Assembly (NCBI GenBank): GCA_012522415.1
Contig: JAAYKM010000047.1
Span: 2,915 to 66,914, forward strand
Source: Deltaproteobacteria bacterium
GTDB taxonomy: Bacteria > Desulfobacterota > Syntrophia > Syntrophales > JAAYKM01
Length of the DNA: 64,000 bases
Direction: 5' to 3'
The stretch's first letter is position 1. Every line of letters starts with the position of its first letter. The position numbers and the translations under genes were made by a program. The notes below the pieces were generated by a model that had not been told where the DNA came from, made no database searches, and saw only the letters and a list, made by a program, of their open reading frames with translations. Shown here in pieces: positions 58,285 to 64,000 of the stretch.

Positions 58285-59766
58285 TCATCCCTCTTTCGTT
58301 CTCATGTGGGGAAACAGAATCACATCCCTGATGGAGGCCGAATCCGTAAACAGCATCACCAACCGGTCGATCCCAATCCCCTCACCCGCCGTGGGAGGCA
58401 TGCCGTATTCGAGAACGGCTATATAATCCTCATCCATTACGTGGGCTTCCTCATCCCCCTCTTCACGCTGCTGCAGCTGATTGAGAAAACGCTCCCGTTG
58501 GTCCACGGGATCGTTCAATTCCGAAAATGCATTGGCGATTTCTTTCCCATGAATGATCAGTTCAAACCGGTCCGTGTAAGCCGGATCCGCATCATTTTTA
58601 CGGGCCAGGGGGGAAACCTCGATGGGGTACTGGGTAACGAAAGTCGGCTGGATAATTCTGTCCTCCACTTTTGCGTCGAAAATGGCCATGATCACCTTAC
58701 CCAGGGGGGCATTGTCCGGCACATCAATGCCATGCTTGCGGGCATAGGCCGTCGCCTCAACGGCATCCTCCAGAACGGACGCGGGAATGCCGCAATGCTC
58801 CATAATCGCCTCCCGGACAGTCAGGCGTTTCCACGGACGGGTCAGGTCGATTTCCGTTCCCTGGTAGATGAATTTTTCACTGCCGAAAATACGCTGGGCC
58901 AAAGCGGTAAACATCTCTTCCGTCAGGGTCATCAGATCTTCGTAGGTCGCATAGGCCTGATAGAATTCCATCATGGTGAATTCCGGATTGTGGGATGTTG
59001 AAATACCCTCGTTGCGGAAACTCCGGTTGATTTCAAAGACTCTTTCCATGCCTCCCGTGATCAACCTTTTCAGATAAAGTTCGGGGGCAATTCGCAGATA
59101 AAAATCCATCCCCAGCGCGTTATGAAAGGTTTTGAAAGGCTTGGCCATGGCACCGCCCGCCTTGGGTTGCATCATCGGGGTTTCTACCTCCATGAAATCC
59201 CGTTTTTCCATGAAATGACGTATAAACTGAATGATCCGGCTCCGACGCTGAAAAACTTCCCGTGATTTCGCGTTGGAAATAAGATCCAGGTGACGCTGCC
59301 TGTAGCGGGTTTCCACATCCGTCAAACCGTGCCATTTTTCCGGCAGGGGCCTGATCGCTTTGGAAAGCAGGCAGAGGTCCGTCACTTCAATGGTCAGTTC
59401 ATCCGTTCGGGTCCGGAAAATTCTACCGCCCATTGCAATGATGTCGCCAATATCGAGACGTCGATAAAGACCGAATTCGTCATCTCCTAAAATCACGTGA
59501 TTGATGTAACCCTGGATGGAACCCGTCCGGTCCTGAACCTTGACGAATGCGGCTTTTCCGAAGTCCCGGACCGCCATCAATCGGCCAGCGACGGTAAAGA
59601 TCTCATTGACTTCTGAAAGGACATCATTCTCCTTGTTCTCAAAGCGGGCCAAAAGAGCCGCCGCGTTGTCTTTGTAACGAAATCTGTTGGGGTAAAGGGC
59701 AATCCCGTCCTCTTTCAGGGATTCGATTTTCTCCAAGCGCCTTTTTAAAAGCTCACTTTCTTCCAT
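58285..59766 (-). CDS. lysS: lysine--tRNA ligase (class II)
   Basis: 493 aa with an OB anticodon-binding domain and class II motifs (..FMEVETPMM.., ..FRNEG.., ..GIGIDRLVMLF). Confidence 0.96.
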   Translation of the reverse strand: MEESELLKRRLEKIESLKEDGIALYPNRFRYKDNAAALLARFENKENDVLSEVNEIFTVAGRLMAVRDFGKAAFVKVQDRTGSIQGYINHVILGDDEFGLYRRLDIGDIIAMGGRIFRTRTDELTIEVTDLCLLSKAIRPLPEKWHGLTDVETRYRQRHLDLISNAKSREVFQRRSRIIQFIRHFMEKRDFMEVETPMMQPKAGGAMAKPFKTFHNALGMDFYLRIAPELYLKRLITGGMERVFEINRSFRNEGISTSHNPEFTMMEFYQAYATYEDLMTLTEEMFTALAQRIFGSEKFIYQGTEIDLTRPWKRLTVREAIMEHCGIPASVLEDAVEATAYARKHGIDVPDNAPLGKVIMAIFDAKVEDRIIQPTFVTQYPIEVSPLARKNDADPAYTDRFELIIHGKEIANAFSELNDPVDQRERFLNQLQQREEGDEEAHVMDEDYIAVLEYGMPPTAGEGIGIDRLVMLFTDSASIRDVILFPHMRTKEG

Positions 59767-59869
59767 AAAACAGGAACTCCACTAAATATTATGATGTCGA
59801 TTCGACTATCCTTTTTTTGTTTTTTCGTCAAGCAGGATTTAACGAAAGGGTTCTCTCCGGGTTTTCTCC

Positions 59870-59899
59870 TTGACAGGTCTCGAAACCATACTCTATAGA
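59870..59899 (+). promoter_or_regulatory. candidate sigma70-type promoter for the gldA-like ABC operon
   Basis: TTGACA (59870-59875), an 18-nt spacer and TATAGA (59894-59899), about 160 nt upstream of ATG 60062. This is a pattern match only. Confidence 0.3.
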
Positions 59900-60061
59900 A
59901 CGAACCATTGCCTTGGTGATGCAGATACCATCGACATAATGCGGAGTTTTGATGCTTTTCTTTCCTTGAACCATGTCGTCAGGATAACACAACCCACGCT
60001 TGCCCACCCCGCTGTTTCGTTTTTGGGCAACCGGGATTTCTGAATTGATCGCAGGAAGACC

Positions 60062-61006
60062 ATGATCGAAGTAACGTCTCTGACAAAATACTACGGTCCC
60101 ATCCGGGGAATCGAGGATATTTCCTTTCGAATCGAAAAAGGTGATGTCGTCGGCCTCTTGGGACCAAACGGCTCGGGTAAAACGACATGTATGCGAATCC
60201 TGACTTGTTTTTTTCCGCCCACACGCGGCCGGGCTCTGGTCTACGGTTACGATGTGGTCAAAAACCCCCTGCATGTCCGGCGGCATATCGGTTATCTCCC
60301 CGAGCGTGTTCCTCTCTATCCCGACATGGACGTGCGGGAATACCTTCGCTTTGCCGCCTCCATCAAGGGGGTTAAACCAGCCGGAAGGGACGGCCACATT
60401 GACCAGGTTATGGCTACATGCGGCATTGACGACATGGCCAACCGCCTGATCCGGGCCCTTTCCACGGGTTACCGTCAACGGGTCTGTCTGGCACAGGCCC
60501 TCCTGAACAACCCTGAAATCCTTATCTTGGACGAACCGACCATCGGTCTCGACCCGCGCCAGGTCTCAGATTTCCGTTCTCTGATCAAGAACCTGGGCCG
60601 GGAACGGACCATCATCCTCTGCACCCACATTCTGCCGGAAGTCAGTGAAACGTGCAACCGGGTGATCATTGTCCACCAAGGGCGGCTGATCGCCCTCGAT
60701 ACCCCGCAGAATCTCCAGGAAAAGGTTCAGATGTACGGCCAGATTTACGTCCAGTACTACGGAGATGACCCCGGGCTGGAAAAGAAAATCGCCGGGATTC
60801 CCGGGGTGGTGGGAGTGGAGGGAGCCGAAGCGACTTTCTCCGGTGCACGGGCCTGCACCATTCAAGTCCAAAAGGATGAAACCATTCTGAGGGAGTTGTC
60901 CACGCTGATCCATACGGAAGGGGGCCCCATCCTCGAGATGAAAAAACAGACCCTCACCTTGGAGGACGTATTCCTGGAACTGGTTACCAAGGAGGGAGCG
61001 GCGTAA
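60062..61006 (+). CDS. ABC transporter ATP-binding protein (GldA-like, ABC-2 subfamily)
   Basis: 314 aa with GPNGSGKTT, LSTGYRQRV and ILILDEPT. Confidence 0.88.
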   Translation: MIEVTSLTKYYGPIRGIEDISFRIEKGDVVGLLGPNGSGKTTCMRILTCFFPPTRGRALVYGYDVVKNPLHVRRHIGYLPERVPLYPDMDVREYLRFAASIKGVKPAGRDGHIDQVMATCGIDDMANRLIRALSTGYRQRVCLAQALLNNPEILILDEPTIGLDPRQVSDFRSLIKNLGRERTIILCTHILPEVSETCNRVIIVHQGRLIALDTPQNLQEKVQMYGQIYVQYYGDDPGLEKKIAGIPGVVGVEGAEATFSGARACTIQVQKDETILRELSTLIHTEGGPILEMKKQTLTLEDVFLELVTKEGAA

Positions 61007-61749
61007 TGGGTATGTGGTATATTTTCCGGCGGGAGGTGCAGTCCTACTTCCACTCCTTCATTGCATATGTCATCATCTCTGCCTTTCTGCTCCTGGCAGG
61101 TTATTTTTTTTACACCGATCTCATCATGCAGATCATGTGGACCATGAAAAAAGTGGATTTTGAAAAGATATGGGAGCTTTTTTTCAATGATATCCGCTAT
61201 ATGCTGACCATCATCATGCCGCTCATCACGATGCGGCTCTTCGCCGAGGAGAAAAAACTGGGCACAATCGAATTGCTCTGGACATATCCTCTGCGCGATT
61301 GGGAGGTTTTTTCCGGCAAATACCTCTCGGCCCTGCTCATGCTTTGCATCATGTTAGGCCTTACCCTGACCTATCCGATCATCACAAACGCCCTTTTCCA
61401 TATTGATCTGAAACCATTGCTGGCCGGGTACCTGGGTCTGTTCCTGATAGGCTCCGCCTTCATTATCTGCGGTGTGACCATCTCCATTTTGACGGAGAAC
61501 CAGATTGTGGCCGCCCTGGGAACGTATCTGGTGCTGTTGATGTTCTGGTTTCTAACCTGGAACGAAGCGGTTGCCAATCCCGCCGCAATGAACGTCATGC
61601 TCAATTTCTCTCTATTTGACCGGCTTTACAATTTTACGCGCGGGGCCATCGACCTAAAGGACATTGTTTTCTTTGTGAACTTTCACCTGGTTTTTGTCGT
61701 CCTGGCCATGCTTGCCCTTTCCGCCAGAAAATGGAGGGGGGTCCAATGA
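61006..61749 (+). CDS. ABC-2 type transporter permease (GldF-like)
   Basis: 247 aa with six predicted TM segments. Its ATG is adjacent to or overlaps the stop of the ATPase gene. Confidence 0.8.
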   Translation: MGMWYIFRREVQSYFHSFIAYVIISAFLLLAGYFFYTDLIMQIMWTMKKVDFEKIWELFFNDIRYMLTIIMPLITMRLFAEEKKLGTIELLWTYPLRDWEVFSGKYLSALLMLCIMLGLTLTYPIITNALFHIDLKPLLAGYLGLFLIGSAFIICGVTISILTENQIVAALGTYLVLLMFWFLTWNEAVANPAAMNVMLNFSLFDRLYNFTRGAIDLKDIVFFVNFHLVFVVLAMLALSARKWRGVQ

Positions 61750-63311
61750 AAAACAAGCTTATCTCCTCCCTTCTGTGGATCAGTATTTTTTTCGCCCTGT
61801 CGGGCCTCGCCCTGATCGCTTTCGGTGCCGACTGGCGCCTCTGGGGGCTGGCTGGCCTTCTGGCTGGTACCCTCGGTCTCCTGACATACGCCGTTTTAAA
61901 TTATGCCGAACTCAGAAGTCTCCTTTTCGCTTACGGTACACGGCAATGGCTCGCCCTTGCTCTGTTTGTTTTCCTACTGATGGGAATTGTCTCCCTAATT
62001 CAGGCCATCGCCAACGGCCACAACATCCGGTTCGATCTGACGGCACGCAAGGACATGAGCCTGAGTGCCGCATCGGAAAAAATCATGCAGCAAATCACCA
62101 CCCCCATTCGGGTCACAGCTTTCTTTCAGCGTAATCAAAAACGGGAGCTGATGAACGTCCTCGACCCCTTTGTCCTGGCAAGCAGACATTTTACCTATCA
62201 CCTTTACGACCCAGACCGGAATCCGGCCTTGGCAAAACGTTACGCCGTCGGAAACTACGGGACGATCATTATCGAAATGGGAGGAAAGCACAAAGTTCTG
62301 TCTGCGGGTAACGAGGAGAGTATCATCAATGCTATCCTGTCACTGAACAGCCCGCAACAGAAGGTCGTTTATTTTCTGACGGGTCATGGAGAGCGCGCAC
62401 TCAAGGAACCGGAAAATATGGATGGCAGCAGTTCAGAACTTTTGAAAACCACATTAGAAACGGAAAACTATTTGGTGAAAACCCTGTTGCTTTTATCAAA
62501 ACGGCAAGTCCCGCCTGATAGCGACTTGGTCATCGTCAACGGACCAAAAGGGGATTTCACTACCGATGAGATCACGGCTCTGCAAACGTATTTAAAGTTG
62601 GGAGGGAAAATTATCCTGGCGGTCGATCCGGGGCCGGATTATGGTCTGTCAGCCCTGCTTGACCCTTATGATCTGAAACTGGGTAATGATATTCTCGTCG
62701 ATCCCGTTAACTATCTCGTATCGAAAAGTCCTTTGGTTCCCCTTATCCAGGCCTATCTCAACCACCCAATCACGGATAAATTCACGATTCCAACGGTTTT
62801 CCCCATGGCCAGATCCGTGGTGACAGGAGACGCCCCGTTGACTTCAACGGGTGTCACCCCCCTCGCCCTGAGTAGTGACAGAAGTTGGACGGAAAGTGAC
62901 ATAGCCGAGGCGGAACAAGGACATATCCGCTACGATGCAAAGTATGATCAGAAAGGCCCCGTGCCGGTTGCGGCTATCGTGGAGGGGCTACCGGAAAGCG
63001 GGCAACAGGGCAAAAGCGGGCCGTCACCCTTTCGGGGGCGCCTCGTCGTCTTCGGCTCTTCAGAATTCATTGCGAATCAGTTCATTTCGCTGGCCGGTAA
63101 CCGGGATCTGTTCATGAACACGGTTCGTTATCTGACGGAAGACCGGCCCCTGATTGTCATCAAAAAGAATCTGGCGGCAGGGGACAAGGCCCCTCTCATT
63201 CTGCAGCCGGTTCACGCCCGTATGGTGTTTATCGGCATTGTCGTGCTACAGCCGACGCTGATCATGGCTATCGGCATTGTTGTTGCGTGGAGGAGAAGGC
63301 AGAAAAGTTGA
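61746..63311 (+). CDS. GldG-like ABC transporter auxiliary protein
   Basis: It has N- and C-terminal TM anchors flanking a large soluble domain (..YFLTGHGE.. block). Its ATG at 61746 overlaps the permease stop (ATGA). Confidence 0.75.
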   Translation: MKNKLISSLLWISIFFALSGLALIAFGADWRLWGLAGLLAGTLGLLTYAVLNYAELRSLLFAYGTRQWLALALFVFLLMGIVSLIQAIANGHNIRFDLTARKDMSLSAASEKIMQQITTPIRVTAFFQRNQKRELMNVLDPFVLASRHFTYHLYDPDRNPALAKRYAVGNYGTIIIEMGGKHKVLSAGNEESIINAILSLNSPQQKVVYFLTGHGERALKEPENMDGSSSELLKTTLETENYLVKTLLLLSKRQVPPDSDLVIVNGPKGDFTTDEITALQTYLKLGGKIILAVDPGPDYGLSALLDPYDLKLGNDILVDPVNYLVSKSPLVPLIQAYLNHPITDKFTIPTVFPMARSVVTGDAPLTSTGVTPLALSSDRSWTESDIAEAEQGHIRYDAKYDQKGPVPVAAIVEGLPESGQQGKSGPSPFRGRLVVFGSSEFIANQFISLAGNRDLFMNTVRYLTEDRPLIVIKKNLAAGDKAPLILQPVHARMVFIGIVVLQPTLIMAIGIVVAWRRRQKS

Positions 63312-63844
63312 AAAAACCGATTATCGTTGCAGCTGTTTTATTTACGGCTTTACTTTTTTTCTATCTTGTATTCGAAGGCGATACACCCGACGAAAAGGCT
63401 GTTCTGCAGGGAGAGCGTTTTTTATCTCTCAAAGCATCGGATATCCGGGAGATCAAGATCGTCACACGGGAGGGTCTGGCCTTCGAATGTGCAAAAGACA
63501 GCGGCGGGGCTTGGCATATTGTCAAAGGCGAAAAAGAGACCAATGCCGAGGAAAAAATCGATGATTTTCTTGAAGCCATGACGACACTGGTGAAAATCGA
63601 TCATTTTTCCGTTAATGCCAACCTGCTGGATCAGTACGGTTTGCGGGAACCGTCTGCACAGATCACATTGACGGATCTCACCCAGAAAACCCACGATATT
63701 CTGGTGGGAGACAAAACACCGGACGCATCGACCGGGGTGTATGTCATGTCTGGCAATGACAACCGTGTTGTCATCCTTGGGGCTGTGCTCAACTGGGAAC
63801 TCTTCAAGCTCTCATCCCTGTTTACCGTCCGGGTCAATCACTAA
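63308..63844 (+). CDS. DUF4340-domain protein
   Basis: It has an N-terminal TM segment followed by a soluble domain, and occupies the usual position after gldG-like genes. The TTG start at 63308 overlaps the previous stop (TTGA) and has GGAGGAGAAGG upstream. GTG 63287 is an alternative start. Confidence 0.6.
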   Translation: MKKPIIVAAVLFTALLFFYLVFEGDTPDEKAVLQGERFLSLKASDIREIKIVTREGLAFECAKDSGGAWHIVKGEKETNAEEKIDDFLEAMTTLVKIDHFSVNANLLDQYGLREPSAQITLTDLTQKTHDILVGDKTPDASTGVYVMSGNDNRVVILGAVLNWELFKLSSLFTVRVNH

Positions 63845-63872
63845 GGAATAAAGATTCAGGAGGATTATTTCG

Positions 63873-64000
63873 ATGGACCCTCTCATTTCGCGTATAGATC
63901 ATATCGCCGTCGCCGTACGAGATTATGAAAAAGCGGATCTCTTTTTCCGTGAAGTCCTTGGCGCAATACCCGGAGCCTCCGCAAGGGACCCGGCCATGAA
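63873..64000 (+). CDS. VOC-family protein (glyoxalase/methylmalonyl-CoA epimerase-like), 5' fragment truncated by the window end
   Basis: MDPLISRIDHIAVAVRDYEKADLFFREVLG.. is the typical VOC N-terminal beta-alpha-beta start. AGGAGGA RBS. Confidence 0.6.
   Translation, partial: MDPLISRIDHIAVAVRDYEKADLFFREVLGAIPGASARDPAM

Noticed and set aside
59828-60478. A 216-aa minus-strand ORF spanning the lysS/ABC intergenic region and the 5' part of the ABC ATPase gene.
   Set aside because: It overlaps the clearly real Walker-A-containing ABC gene on the other strand. It has no recognisable domain and no RBS, so it is most likely spurious.
1-64000. I looked for tRNA T-arm signatures (GGTTCGAATCC-like), rRNA, CRISPR repeat-spacer periodicity, IS inverted repeats, and transposase, integrase or phage genes.
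   Set aside because: None was found. The only GTTCGAA-type strings lie inside protein-coding genes (for example at about 35655 and 13914) and lack tRNA cloverleaf context.

Overview
This 64-kb window is almost entirely conserved housekeeping DNA from a diderm bacterium. Gene content points to an anaerobe: a DUF39 homocysteine pathway gene, a rubrerythrin-like protein, HemN-like and ELP3-like radical SAM proteins, and dodecin. Gene order suggests a Deltaproteobacteria/Desulfobacterota-like organism, but that is inference only.

Three syntenic blocks dominate:
- **Blocks 1 and 2 (232-13000 and 26672-33488):** Block 1 runs on the minus strand as rimP-nusA-infB-DUF503-rbfA-nrnA-truB-rpsO-pnp-M16 peptidase-dut-DUF39. 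Block 2 runs on the plus strand as pgpA-cinA-thpR-recA-recX-alaS.
- **Block 3 (43829-59766, minus strand):** a 14-kb envelope-biogenesis run, lysS-lolE-lolD-bamA-skp-lpxD-lpxA-(lpxB remnant)-msbA-lpxK-lpxL-like-waaF-gmhB-waaC.

The remaining genes are der, era, a Na/Pi transporter, an ABC-F ATPase, pcnB, a Crp/Fnr regulator, an M16C protease, htrA, def, a usp/response-regulator/diguanylate-cyclase trio, and a GldA/F/G-like ABC system with DUF4340.

I found no rRNA, tRNA, CRISPR array, transposase, integrase, phage gene or recognisable defence or toxin system, and I do not see a novel multi-gene system here.

Observations worth a second look:
- A decayed, internally deleted lpxB between lpxA and msbA, in an otherwise intact lipid A/LPS cluster.
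- A PAS-GGDEF gene interrupted by a single in-frame TAA inside the GGDEF domain.
- Strong intrinsic terminators immediately upstream of the rimP and pcnB start codons. The pcnB one is preceded by a 320-nt structured non-coding stretch.
- A BamA with an extra TolB-N-like N-terminal module.
- A perfect 17-bp palindrome upstream of the rubrerythrin-like gene.
- An A+T-rich glycosyltransferase islet with a probable 5' frameshift.
- pgpA and recX, whose conserved N-termini have only CTG as a plausible start.

All calls come from reading the sequence and the ORF translations. No database searches were run.
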